Of a stretch of DNA of 64,000 nt, positions 22,149 to 33,039 are shown piece after piece (positions within the stretch are counted from its first letter, which is position 1; every line of letters begins with the position of its first letter). Under the pieces are notes generated by a model. That model saw nothing but the letters and a program-made list of their open reading frames with translations, was not told the origin of the DNA and did no database searches. Source of the stretch: Candidatus Deferrimicrobiaceae bacterium (GTDB taxonomy: Bacteria; Desulfobacterota; Deferrimicrobia; Deferrimicrobiales; Deferrimicrobiaceae); the NCBI GenBank assembly GCA_963792415.1, contig CAWBVY010000006.1, positions 800,001 to 864,000 on the forward strand, given 5' to 3'. Both the position numbers and the translations under genes were made by a program.

Positions 22149-23606
22149 CTAGAACTGCTTCCTGCGCCGCGAAGAGGCCAGCAGCCCCATCGCCGCGCGG
22201 TACTTTGTCACGGTCCGTCGGGCGATCCGGATCCCCTGATTCCGAAGGAGCCGCATCAACTCCTGGTCGCTCATCGGCTTGTTCTCGCCTTCGGCGTGGA
22301 TGATCTCCCGGATCTTCTCCTTGACGGATTTTGAGGCGATATCCTCCTCCCCCCCCTCCCGGTTGAGCCCCGAGGTGAAGAAGTACTTCAACTCGAAGAT
22401 CCCGTGGGGGGTGTTCACGTACTTGCCGCTGGTCACCCTCGATACGGTCGACTCGTGCATCTCGATGTCCTCGGCGACGTCCCGCAGCGTCAGGGGCCTC
22501 AGGTAGCCGGGCCCCTTCTCGAGGAAGTCGCGCTGCAGCTTCACGATGCTCTCCACGACCTTGTAGATGGTGCGCTTGCGCTGCTCGATGCTCTTGATGA
22601 ACCACAGCGCCGCGTTGACCTTCTGCTTCAGGAACTCCCGGTCCTCCTTCGGAAGTCCCTCGGCGTCTCCCGTCAGCAGCCGCCGGTAGTAGGAAGAGAG
22701 GCGAAGCCGGGGCTGACCGTCGTCGTTCAGGGTGATGACCCATTGGTCGTCGACCTTGAACAGGTAGACGTCGGGGGTGATGTACTGGACGTCGTCTCCC
22801 GAGTATTCGCGGCCGGGCTTCGGCCACAGGGTGACGAGCCTCTGGAACGCCTCCTTGACGGCCTCCTTCGGGAGCTTCATCCGACGCGCGGTTCCCGCCA
22901 CGTCCCCCCTGGAGAACAGGTCGAAGTGGTCCGCGAGGATCCGGAGGGGAAGTTCGAACGCCGCGCCCTTTTCCCGGGCCTGGATCATCAGGCACTCCCT
23001 CAGGTCCCTCGCGCCGACCCCCAGGGGATCGAGCGTCTGGACCGTCGCGATGGAGCGCTCCACCTCTTCCACCGGAAGGGAGAGGGCCTGCGCGGCTTCC
23101 TCGGCCGTTGTCTTCAGATACCCGTTTTCGTCGATGTTTCCGATCAGGTAGAGCGCGACATCGCGCTCGGCGTCGGAGAGGTCCAGGAGCCGCAGCTGCG
23201 TCTCGAGGTGCTCGGTGAGGCCGGGGCGGCGCGTGAGGGTGTTCTCGTAGTAGGGACGCCCGTCCTCGTCGTCGGTGTCCCGATCCACGCGCCCGTCGCG
23301 GGAGCCTTCGTTGAAGTAGTACTCCCAGTCCACGCGGTCGATGAGGCTGTCGCCTTCCTTCGGCGTGGGCCCCTCCTCCGGGGTCGGGGGTGTGAACACC
23401 TCCGCCGCCGGGGCCTCCTCCCCGGCCGTTTCCTCGCTGGTCTCCTCGCTGGCCTCCTCGAGCGCAGGGTTGACCTCCAGCTCCTCCCGCACCGCCTGCT
23501 GCAGTTCGAGCCGGGACAGCTGCAGCAGCTTGATCGCCTGCTGCAGCTGGGGGGTCATCACCAGCTGCTGGCTGAGCTTGAGAGATTGTCGGAGTTCCAG
23601 CGCCAT
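22149..23606 (-). CDS. rpoN: RNA polymerase sigma-54 factor
   Basis: MTPQLQQAIKLLQL, HESTVSR and RpoN box ARRTVTKYR. Confidence 0.98.
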   Translation of the reverse strand: MALELRQSLKLSQQLVMTPQLQQAIKLLQLSRLELQQAVREELEVNPALEEASEETSEETAGEEAPAAEVFTPPTPEEGPTPKEGDSLIDRVDWEYYFNEGSRDGRVDRDTDDEDGRPYYENTLTRRPGLTEHLETQLRLLDLSDAERDVALYLIGNIDENGYLKTTAEEAAQALSLPVEEVERSIATVQTLDPLGVGARDLRECLMIQAREKGAAFELPLRILADHFDLFSRGDVAGTARRMKLPKEAVKEAFQRLVTLWPKPGREYSGDDVQYITPDVYLFKVDDQWVITLNDDGQPRLRLSSYYRRLLTGDAEGLPKEDREFLKQKVNAALWFIKSIEQRKRTIYKVVESIVKLQRDFLEKGPGYLRPLTLRDVAEDIEMHESTVSRVTSGKYVNTPHGIFELKYFFTSGLNREGGEEDIASKSVKEKIREIIHAEGENKPMSDQELMRLLRNQGIRIARRTVTKYRAAMGLLASSRRRKQF

Positions 23607-23623
23607 CAAAGCCCCTTCACCGG

Positions 23624-24409
23624 TCAGAGCGAGAATCCGTCTCCCAGGTAGATCTCCCGGACCCGGTCCGACGCGGCGATCTCCCCGGGCTTTCCCGCGA
23701 GGAGGATCTCCCCCTCGGAGATGATGTACGCGCGGTCGCAGACCTTGAGCGTGTCGCGCACATTATGATCCGTCATTATAACCCCGATCCCGCGCTCTTT
23801 TAATCCGAGGATCACCTGTTGAAGGTCTGCCACCGAAATCGGGTCGATGCCGGCGAACGGTTCGTCCAGCAACAGGAAATCGGGGGAAAGGACCAGGGCC
23901 CGGGCGATCTCGACGCGGCGCCGCTCCCCGCCGGACAGGGCGTACCCCATCGTGTCGGAGACGTGCCCGATGCGCATATCGCGAAGGATCGCCTCGGAGC
24001 GCTCCCGGCGCTCCCCCGGAGACAGGGTGGTCTCCTCGAGGAAGGCGAGGATGTTGTCCCGAACGGAGAGCTTCCGGAAGACGGACGGCTCCTGGGGAAG
24101 GTACCCCAGCCCCATCCGCGCGCGGCGGTGCATCGGCAGGTCCGTCACGACGGCGCCGTTCAATCGCACCTCGCCCTCGTCGGGGCGAACCAGACCCACC
24201 ATCATGTAGAAGATCGTCGTCTTCCCGGCGCCATTGGGCCCGAGCAGACCGACCACCTCTCCGGACAGCGCCTCGAGGGAAACCCCCTTGACGACTTGCC
24301 GCCGCCGGTAACGCTTATGCAGCCCCTCCACCGCGAGGGACTTCCCTTCCCGGTCCCCCCGCCGCCGGTGAGGGCGGGCGTCCTGTGCCGTGCGCACCGG
24401 GTCGGTCAC
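23624..24409 (-). CDS. lptB: LPS export ABC transporter ATPase
   Basis: GPNGAGKTT, GYLPQEPSVF, LSGGERRR, DEPFAGIDP and TDHNVR. Confidence 0.96.
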   Translation of the reverse strand: MTDPVRTAQDARPHRRRGDREGKSLAVEGLHKRYRRRQVVKGVSLEALSGEVVGLLGPNGAGKTTIFYMMVGLVRPDEGEVRLNGAVVTDLPMHRRARMGLGYLPQEPSVFRKLSVRDNILAFLEETTLSPGERRERSEAILRDMRIGHVSDTMGYALSGGERRRVEIARALVLSPDFLLLDEPFAGIDPISVADLQQVILGLKERGIGVIMTDHNVRDTLKVCDRAYIISEGEILLAGKPGEIAASDRVREIYLGDGFSL

Positions 24410-24924
24410 TTCGGTGACGTCTCCACGATCCCCTTGGGGTTGATCACCGCCTCGACGCGTCCTCCGTCCTTGCCGCCCGTCACCACGGACCGGTTCTCCC
24501 GCAGAAAGATGGTGACCGTCTCTCCCCGGACGGTGTTCTGTCCCTGCCGGAGCGTCGCGCCCCCCGAAAGGATGATCCGCTGCTCGAGGTTGAGGAAGGT
24601 GGCCCGCGGAGAACGCGCCTCCCGCCCCTCCTGGACGAACCGGACGTTCCCCACCGCCTCGATCCGGTCGATCGCACCTGCCTCGCGGGAGTAGTCGGCC
24701 TGGACCCGGTCGGCGTAGAGCGTGACATCGGCCTGCCGCGCCACTACGTTCCCCTCGAAGGTGACGATATTGCGCGTACTGTCGGCGCTGAGGCTGTCGG
24801 CGGTGACGTCGATCGGGCGGCTTCCCAGTTCCCGCGCGGAGTCGCCCGCGCGCTCCTGCGCTGGGGCGCCGCCGGCAAGGACCGCGACAAGGCAAAGGGC
24901 CGCGAAGATCCGGGGAATCCGCAT
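24406..24924 (-). CDS. lptA: LPS transport periplasmic protein LptA (OstA-like)
   Basis: Signal peptide, PIDVTAD and FEGNVVARQ; position between lptC and lptB. Confidence 0.88.
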   Translation of the reverse strand: MRIPRIFAALCLVAVLAGGAPAQERAGDSARELGSRPIDVTADSLSADSTRNIVTFEGNVVARQADVTLYADRVQADYSREAGAIDRIEAVGNVRFVQEGREARSPRATFLNLEQRIILSGGATLRQGQNTVRGETVTIFLRENRSVVTGGKDGGRVEAVINPKGIVETSPK

Positions 24925-24929
24925 CGGTC

Positions 24930-25508
24930 TCACCCCTTCCGGCCGGGACCCTTCGCCGGCGAGAGGCGGCTCGTGGTCGACTCCATCGTGATCTTCCCCT
25001 CCCCCCATTCCCAGGAGAGGTTCTTCCCCTCGACGGAGACGCCCGGGCCCTCGATCCTCGCCGGTCCGGGAACGCGAAGGACCGATCCCGCCAGGTCCAG
25101 CGTCGCCGGGGAGAGTTCCCCCGTCCATCCGCCCTTCCGTGCGACCCGGCACCCGTCGGGAAGCCCGATCGTCTTCCCGTCGAGGTCCCACGCCGCCCGC
25201 GGCGCGCGTACGGTCGTCCCGGCGAACGGCGATCCTTCCCCGAGATAAACCGTCACACCCCCGGCGGAAAGCGTCCGGCTCGCGTACCCGTAGAGCGCCC
25301 CGTCCGCGTCGAGGCGGTTCCACGACCCGTCGTCGTGGAGTTCCCGCACATCGACGGGCCCCAGCAGGATCTCCGGACTGCTGCCGGCCGTCTCCTGTTC
25401 CACCACCCCCGCCGGCGCGGCGACGAAGGTCGGAGTCAGGGCGGAACGGACCGCGAGGACCAGCACCAGGAGGGCCATCGCGGCCCACGGGAGGAGACGG
25501 GCGTTCAT
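24930..25508 (-). CDS. lptC: Divergent LptC-like single-TM periplasmic protein
   Basis: N-terminal TM and beta-rich body; kdsC-X-lptA-lptB synteny. Confidence 0.6.
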   Translation of the reverse strand: MNARLLPWAAMALLVLVLAVRSALTPTFVAAPAGVVEQETAGSSPEILLGPVDVRELHDDGSWNRLDADGALYGYASRTLSAGGVTVYLGEGSPFAGTTVRAPRAAWDLDGKTIGLPDGCRVARKGGWTGELSPATLDLAGSVLRVPGPARIEGPGVSVEGKNLSWEWGEGKITMESTTSRLSPAKGPGRKG

Positions 25509-26062
25509 CCTGCCTCTCCCCCGGAAAAGTACTTCGATGTCGCCGCTTCCCACGAGCCGCGGGAGCGGAGGACGAACTCGACGACCTCCCGCACCGCCCC
25601 ACGCCCGCCGGGACGCGACGCGACGAAGTGCACCGCGTCGAGAACGTACGGTTCCGCGTCGGAGGGAGCCGCCGAGAACCCGACGGCCCGAAGGAGCGGG
25701 AGATCCACGATGTCGTCCCCCACGTAGGCGGTCTCGCCCGGATGGAAGCCGCTCCCGGCGAGGATATCGCGCCACGCCGTCACCTTGTCCTTGGCCCCCT
25801 GCCGCACGATGTCGATCCCCAGTTCCCGCGCCCGGATCGCGACGACCCCGGAGGTGCGCCCCGTGATGATCCCGACCGCCACCCCCGCGCGCTGCAGCAT
25901 CTTGAGCCCGTGGCCGTCCCGAACGTCGAAACGCTTCGTCTCGACCCCGGCGGCGTCGTAGATGATCCCCCCGTCCGTCAGCACCCCGTCCACGTCGGTC
26001 AGGAAGAGCCGGACCCGCGCCGCGCCCGCCGCCGCGCCTTGCCGCACCACCGGGCCGCTCAT
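25505..26062 (-). CDS. kdsC: KDO 8-phosphate phosphatase
   Basis: DVDGVLTDG, IITGR, YVGDD and GGRGAVRE. Confidence 0.94.
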   Translation of the reverse strand: MSGPVVRQGAAAGAARVRLFLTDVDGVLTDGGIIYDAAGVETKRFDVRDGHGLKMLQRAGVAVGIITGRTSGVVAIRARELGIDIVRQGAKDKVTAWRDILAGSGFHPGETAYVGDDIVDLPLLRAVGFSAAPSDAEPYVLDAVHFVASRPGGRGAVREVVEFVLRSRGSWEAATSKYFSGGEAG

Positions 26063-27027
26063 CCGACTCCCGCCTTGAGAAGATCGTGGACGTGGACGAT
26101 CCCCACGGGCCGGTCGGGGTCGTCGGGATGGAAGACGAACAGGCTGGTGATCGAAAACTCCTCCATTCTCCTCAACGCGGCCGCCGCCAGCTCGGTCGAC
26201 GCGATTCCCTTCGGCGAAGGGGTCATGACGGAGCCCGCGGTCGTGCTGAAAAGGTCCACCCCCGCCGAGGTCGCCCGCCGAACGTCGCCGTCGGTGATGA
26301 TCCCCACGAGTCGACCCTCGCCGTCGGCAACCCCCGTCACCCCAAGCCGTTTCGCGCTGATCGTGAACAGGGCGTCTTTCAGCGGCGTGTTCGGGGAGAC
26401 CAGCGGGATCTCGTCCCCCGTGTGCATCAGGTCCGAAGTCGTCTGCAGGCGCCGGCCGAGGGCGCCGCCCGGGTGCAGACTCGCGAAGTCTTCCTCGGAG
26501 AACCCCTTCTCCTCGAAGAGGACGACCGCCAGCGCGTCCCCCATCGCCAGCGCCGCCGTCGTCGAGGCGGTGGGCGCCAGGCCGAGAGGGCACGCCTCCT
26601 CCCGCACCCCCACGTCGAGGGTCACGTCCGCGTACCGGCCGAGCGTGGAGCCCGCGTCCCCCGTGAGGGCGATCACCGGCAGTCCCATTCGTTGGAAGAC
26701 GGGCATCAGGCGGACGATCTCCTCGGTCTCCCCGGAGTTGGAGAGGACGATCACCACGTCCCCGCGCCGCACCATCCCGATGTCGCCATGGATTCCCTCC
26801 GCGGGATGGAGGAAGAATGCCGGGGTCCCGGTGGAGGCGAGGGTCGCCGCGATCTTCCGGGCGATCAGTCCCGACTTCCCCATCCCGGAGACGATGACCT
26901 TTCCCGGGGCCGCCCGCAGCAGGTCGACTGCCTTCGCGAATCGTCCGTCGAGCTTCCCCCGCATCCCCTCGATCGCCGCCGCCTCCACGGCGAGGACCCT
27001 GTCGGCCCGATCGACGCGGTCATTCAT
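26059..27027 (-). CDS. kdsD: Arabinose 5-phosphate isomerase (KpsF/GutQ)
   Basis: GMGKSG, HPAEGIHGD, LAPTAST and HPGGALG, plus a CBS pair. Confidence 0.94.
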   Translation of the reverse strand: MNDRVDRADRVLAVEAAAIEGMRGKLDGRFAKAVDLLRAAPGKVIVSGMGKSGLIARKIAATLASTGTPAFFLHPAEGIHGDIGMVRRGDVVIVLSNSGETEEIVRLMPVFQRMGLPVIALTGDAGSTLGRYADVTLDVGVREEACPLGLAPTASTTAALAMGDALAVVLFEEKGFSEEDFASLHPGGALGRRLQTTSDLMHTGDEIPLVSPNTPLKDALFTISAKRLGVTGVADGEGRLVGIITDGDVRRATSAGVDLFSTTAGSVMTPSPKGIASTELAAAALRRMEEFSITSLFVFHPDDPDRPVGIVHVHDLLKAGVG

Positions 27028-27862
27028 CACGGGTCGCCTCCCCCCCCGCCGCGGCACGGATCGCGAGGAGCGTTCGCAGGAGCGGCTCCACGTCGGCCAG
27101 GGGCAGGCTGTTCGGCCCGTCGGACAGCGCACGGTCCGGATCGGGGTGGATCTCGAGGAAGAGACCGTCCACGCCCGCCGCAACGGCCGCCCGCGCCAGG
27201 GGGGCCACGTACCTCCGCTCGCCGGAGGAGACGTTGCCCGCCCCGCCGGGAAGCTGCACGCTGTGGGTGGCGTCGAAGATCACCGGGCAGATCGACTCGC
27301 GGATCGCCGGGAGCCCCCGGAAGTCGACCACCAGGTTGTTGTACCCGAAGGTGGTCCCCCGCTCCGTAACCAGGACGTTTTCGTTGCCCGTGGAACAAAC
27401 CTTTTCAACCGCGTTGCGCATCTCCCACGGCGCCATGAACTGCCCCTTTTTGATGTTCACCGCCACGCCCGTCTCCCCCGCAGCAACGAGCAGGTCGGTC
27501 TGGCGGCACAGGAACGCCGGGATCTGGAGCAGGTCGACCCCGGGTGCGACGGCGGCGGCCTGCCGGGGATCATGGACGTCGGTGGTAACGGGAAGGCCAT
27601 GCCGCTCCCGCACCTTCGCGAGGATGCGAATCCCCTCGGCCTCGCCCGGCCCGCGGTACGAGGCGCGGGAGGAACGGTTCGCCTTGTCGAACGACCCCTT
27701 GAACACCACATGGAAAGAGAGCCGGGCGGCAAGATCCGCGAGGAAGGCGGCGACGGAGAGGGCGAGTTCCTCGGACTCGAGGACGCACGGCCCCGCGATG
27801 AGCAGGGGCGGGCATCCGGGGCCTACGCTGAACCGGTTCGCGATGGAGACCCGACGGATCAT
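27020..27862 (-). CDS. kdsA: KDO 8-phosphate synthase
   Basis: AGPCVLE, KANRS, QIPAFLCRQT, KKGQF and DATHSVQ. Confidence 0.96.
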   Translation of the reverse strand: MIRRVSIANRFSVGPGCPPLLIAGPCVLESEELALSVAAFLADLAARLSFHVVFKGSFDKANRSSRASYRGPGEAEGIRILAKVRERHGLPVTTDVHDPRQAAAVAPGVDLLQIPAFLCRQTDLLVAAGETGVAVNIKKGQFMAPWEMRNAVEKVCSTGNENVLVTERGTTFGYNNLVVDFRGLPAIRESICPVIFDATHSVQLPGGAGNVSSGERRYVAPLARAAVAAGVDGLFLEIHPDPDRALSDGPNSLPLADVEPLLRTLLAIRAAAGGEATRDE

Positions 27863-27877
27863 GCGCCCTCCCATCGG

Positions 27878-29487
<1,610 letters not shown>

Positions 29488-29509
<22 letters not shown>

Positions 29510-30243
29510 ACCCTCTCCTCCACGGCTTTCAGATCCTCGGGGGTGTCCACACCGACCGAGTCGTGCGCGACGTCGACCACGCGGATCCGGTACCCCGCCT
29601 GGAGCACGCGGAGCTGCTCGAGCCGCTCCGCCTCCTCGAGGGGGGAGGGCCGAAGGGCCGCGATGCGGAAAAGGAACTCCCGGCGGTAGCCGTAGATCCC
29701 CAGGTGCTTCCGGTACGGCCCCGCTCCCGTATCCCGGTAATGCGGAACCGGGGACCGGGAGAAGTAGAGCGCGTCGCCCCGGGCGTCGACCACCACCTTG
29801 ACCACGGAGGCGCGCACGTATTCGCCCGGGTCGACCTGGGGGAGCGCCGCCGTCGACATCAGGACGCCGGAATCGGCGAGCAGGGGCGCGGCCACCGCGT
29901 CGATGACCGACGGGTGCATCAGCGGCTCGTCCCCCTGCAGGTTGATCAGGATCTCCTCGTCCATCGCGCGGGCCGCCTCGGCAACCCGGTCGGTTCCGGA
30001 GGCGCATTCGGGGGAGGTGAGAACCGCCTCGCCCCCGAACCCGCGGACCACCGAAACGATCCGCGCGTCATCGGTCGCGACCACGACGCGCGACGGGACC
30101 TTCGCGGCGCTCGCCTTGCTCCAGACATACCATACCATCGGGCGCCCGTCGATTTCGGCCAGCGGCTTGCCCGGCAGCCGTGACGCGCCGTAGCGCGCGG
30201 GGATCACCACCGCGACCCGTTCACCCGCCCCTTTCGCTCTCAC
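29488..30243 (-). CDS. kdsB: 3-deoxy-manno-octulosonate cytidylyltransferase
   Basis: [26 protein letters not shown] and LEQLR. Confidence 0.96.
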
Positions 30244-31292
30244 GGGAACAGGGGCATCGCCCGGAGCCCCTCTTCCTCGGGGAATCCCGACATCAGGTTG
30301 AAGCATTGCACCGCCGCCCCGGCCGCGCCCTTCACGAGGTTGTCGATCGCGGAGACGACCACCACCCGCCGGCTCTTCTCGTCCACCCGCCACGCGATGT
30401 CGCAGAAGTTGCTTCCCAGCACGTCCTTCGTGGACGGAAGCGGCCCCGGCGGCAGCAGGCGGACGAACGGCTCTTTCCCGTACCGTTTCCGGTATGCCGC
30501 CTCCACGTCCTCCGCGGTCACCTTGCCCTTCGCGGTGGCGTAGCAGGTAGCGAGGATTCCGCGGACCATCGGTATCAGGTGCGGGACGAAGGTGATCGCC
30601 ACCGTTCCCCCCGCGGCGATCGTCAACTCCTGGTCCATCTCCGGGTTGTGGCGGTGCTTCGGCAGCCCGTAGGGCCGGACGCCCCCCTCGACCTCCGGGT
30701 AGTGAAAACCGAGGGTGGGACCCCGCCCGCCGCCGGAAACGCCGGTCTTGCAATCCGCCACGATCCCCTTCCGGTCGATGAGCCCTTCCTCGAGGAGCGG
30801 GTACAGGCCCAGGATCACCGCGGTGGGGAAGCAGCCCGGTACGGCGGCAAGGCGTGTCTTCCGGATCCCCGCCCGGTGGATCTCGGGAAGGCCGTAGACC
30901 GCTTTCGCGGCAAGGGCCGCGCTCTTGTGGGCGACACCGTAGACCGACTCGTACAGCGGGATGCTCCGGAACCGGAAATCGGCCGACAGGTCTATCACAG
31001 GAATCCCCCGGGACAGAAGCGGCCCCGCAACCGAGGACGACACGGTGTGCGGAAGGGCGAGGAAGGCGACATCGAACCCTGCGGACAGCATTCGCTCCAT
31101 CGTCCCGAAGGAGACGCCGGCAAGCTTCCCCTTGAAGGGAGGGAACGCCTGCCCGATCGGCTGCGAGGAGTACTGCTCCGATGTGAGGACTTCGATCCTC
31201 ACCCCGGGGTGGGACAGGAGCAGCCGGATCAACTCGAAGCCGGTGTACCCCGTCGCCCCGAAGATCGCCACGCGCTTCATCCGCTTTTCCAT
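30240..31292 (-). CDS. argC: N-acetyl-gamma-glutamyl-phosphate reductase
   Basis: GATGYTG, DLSADFR, PGCFPT and DNLVKGAAGAAVQ. Confidence 0.96.
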   Translation of the reverse strand: MEKRMKRVAIFGATGYTGFELIRLLLSHPGVRIEVLTSEQYSSQPIGQAFPPFKGKLAGVSFGTMERMLSAGFDVAFLALPHTVSSSVAGPLLSRGIPVIDLSADFRFRSIPLYESVYGVAHKSAALAAKAVYGLPEIHRAGIRKTRLAAVPGCFPTAVILGLYPLLEEGLIDRKGIVADCKTGVSGGGRGPTLGFHYPEVEGGVRPYGLPKHRHNPEMDQELTIAAGGTVAITFVPHLIPMVRGILATCYATAKGKVTAEDVEAAYRKRYGKEPFVRLLPPGPLPSTKDVLGSNFCDIAWRVDEKSRRVVVVSAIDNLVKGAAGAAVQCFNLMSGFPEEEGLRAMPLFP

Positions 31293-31350
31293 CCCTCCCA
31301 TTGTATAAGGTTTCGCGGTGGAAAATCCCCGCCCGCTTCAGCCCCCGGAC

Positions 31351-31390
31351 AAAAAGGAAGGGGAAGGCGGGTTGCCCGGCCTTCCCCTTC
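31351..31390 (-). terminator. Intrinsic terminator after rplM-rpsI
   Basis: GAAGGGGAAGGC-loop-GCCTTCCCCTTC followed by CTTTTT. Confidence 0.85.
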
Positions 31391-31432
31391 GGGAGATCGC
31401 TCGATTCGGGGCGCCTTCGCCCCTTCCGCGGC

Positions 31433-31825
31433 TTACCGCTTGGAGAACTGGAACCGTTTCCGGGCCCCCGGCTGGCCGTACTTTTTCCGCTCCTTGATCC
31501 GCGCGTCACGGGTCAGGAACCCCGCGCGCTTCAACAGCGTCCGAAGCTCGGGGTTCTCGATCTGCAGCGCCTTCGCGATGCCGAATTTGACCGACTCGGC
31601 CTGGGACATGGGGCCGCCGCCGCCGATGTTCACGTCGACGTCGACGAGCGTCCGCTTTCCGGTCAGCACCAGGGGCTGTGTCGCGACCGCGCGAAGCGCC
31701 AGCACCGGGAAGTACTCCTCGAACTCCCGGCCGTTGACGGTGATGCGACCGGCCCCTGCCTTGACGTACACGCGGGCGACCGCGGTCTTCCGTTTCCCCG
31801 TGGCGTAAATTCTCGCTTGAGCCAT
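31433..31825 (-). CDS. rpsI: 30S ribosomal protein S9
   Basis: ATGKRKTAVAR, KERKKYG and QFSKR. Confidence 0.98.
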   Translation of the reverse strand: MAQARIYATGKRKTAVARVYVKAGAGRITVNGREFEEYFPVLALRAVATQPLVLTGKRTLVDVDVNIGGGGPMSQAESVKFGIAKALQIENPELRTLLKRAGFLTRDARIKERKKYGQPGARKRFQFSKR

Positions 31826-31841
31826 GGTACGGTGGTTCCTC

Positions 31842-32282
31842 CTATTCGTTGACGGCCAGAACCTTCGGCTGCTGCGCCTTATGCGGGTGTTCCGGCCCCA
31901 CATAGACCTTGAGCTTGGTGAAGAGCCGGTCGCCCAGCCGCGTTTTCGGGAGCATCCCGCGGACCGCCCATTCCACGATCCGTTCCGGGTGCGCACTCCC
32001 GAGCACTTTCGCGGGCGTGGTGGACTTGAGGCCGCCCATGTATCCGGAGTGGCTGTAGTATGTTTTCCCCGTCATCTTGTTCCCGGTGAGCTTCACCTTG
32101 TCGGCGTTCACCACGATGACGAAATCGCCCATGTCGGAGTTGGGCGTGAATGTCGGCTTGTGCTTGCCGCGCAGGACGTCGGCGATTTTCGTGGCCATTC
32201 GGCCGAGAACCTTCCCCTCGGCGTCCACGACGTGCCACGTCTGGTCAGCGGAATCCCTGGTAAGCATCTTCGTCGTTTTCAT
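31842..32282 (-). CDS. rplM: 50S ribosomal protein L13
   Basis: WHVVDA, LRGKHKP, GMLPK and HPHKAQQP. Confidence 0.98.
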   Translation of the reverse strand: MKTTKMLTRDSADQTWHVVDAEGKVLGRMATKIADVLRGKHKPTFTPNSDMGDFVIVVNADKVKLTGNKMTGKTYYSHSGYMGGLKSTTPAKVLGSAHPERIVEWAVRGMLPKTRLGDRLFTKLKVYVGPEHPHKAQQPKVLAVNE

Positions 32283-32311
32283 CGCGCAGACCTTCCCCTC
32301 GAAATCAAAAG

Positions 32312-32345
32312 ATAATATCTAACAGGATTTGCCGGGCCCCGTCAA
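32312..32345 (-). promoter_or_regulatory. Sigma70-type promoter of rplM-rpsI
   Basis: TTGACG, 17 nt, then AT-rich TTAGATATTAT. Confidence 0.6.
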
Positions 32346-32366
32346 GGGGAAAAGGAGGCTCCCGGA

Positions 32367-33020
32367 TCAAGCCACCGACACACGGAGGGTAGCCACCCCC
32401 TGAATTTCCGCAACCAGATGGTCCCCGGAGACGATGCGGCTGACGCCGGCAGGGGTCCCGGTCAGGATGACGTCGCCGGGTTCGAGCGTGAAACTTCCCG
32501 ACATGTGGCTGATGATGGCGGGGATGCGGTGGATCATCATCGAGGTGTTTCCATCCTGCCGTATCTTGCCGTTCACCGTCAGGCGGATCTGCAAGTTCTG
32601 CGGGTCCGCCACACTGGATGCCTCCACGAAGGCAGAGAGCGGACAGGCGGTGTCGAATCCCTTGGCGATCTCCCACGGCAACCCCTTTTTCTTCTGTGCA
32701 TCCTGAACATCGCGCAAGGTGAGATCGATGCCGACCCCGTATCCGGCGATATGTTCCATCGCCCGCTCCACAGGGATATCCTTCCCCTTCCTGCCGATCA
32801 GGAGCGCCAGTTCCGCTTCGTAATGACACTCGCGCGAATAGGGCGGAATGACGATCGCTTCCCCTTCGCCGATGACCGAAGAGGCCGGCTTGATGAAGAT
32901 CACCGGCGCTTCGGGGGTCGCGTTCCCCAGCTCCTTGATATGGTCCGAATAGTTGCGGCCGATGCAGAGAATCTTGCCGATGGGAAGATGCCGACCGCTT
33001 GTAAGACGTGCTGTCCTCAT
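32367..33020 (-). CDS. Fumarylacetoacetate hydrolase family protein (YcgM/FAHD1-like)
   Basis: KILCIGRNY, FIKP, HYEAEL, DLTLRD, AKGFD and GDVILTGTP. Confidence 0.93.
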   Translation of the reverse strand: MRTARLTSGRHLPIGKILCIGRNYSDHIKELGNATPEAPVIFIKPASSVIGEGEAIVIPPYSRECHYEAELALLIGRKGKDIPVERAMEHIAGYGVGIDLTLRDVQDAQKKKGLPWEIAKGFDTACPLSAFVEASSVADPQNLQIRLTVNGKIRQDGNTSMMIHRIPAIISHMSGSFTLEPGDVILTGTPAGVSRIVSGDHLVAEIQGVATLRVSVA

Positions 33021-33039
33021 GGCTGCAACTCCTTTCCCG

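Noticed and set aside
32346-33039. attC sites after the GT2 and FAH genes
   Set aside because: The spacers are only about 20 bp and lack R/L box structure, so these genes cannot be called cassettes
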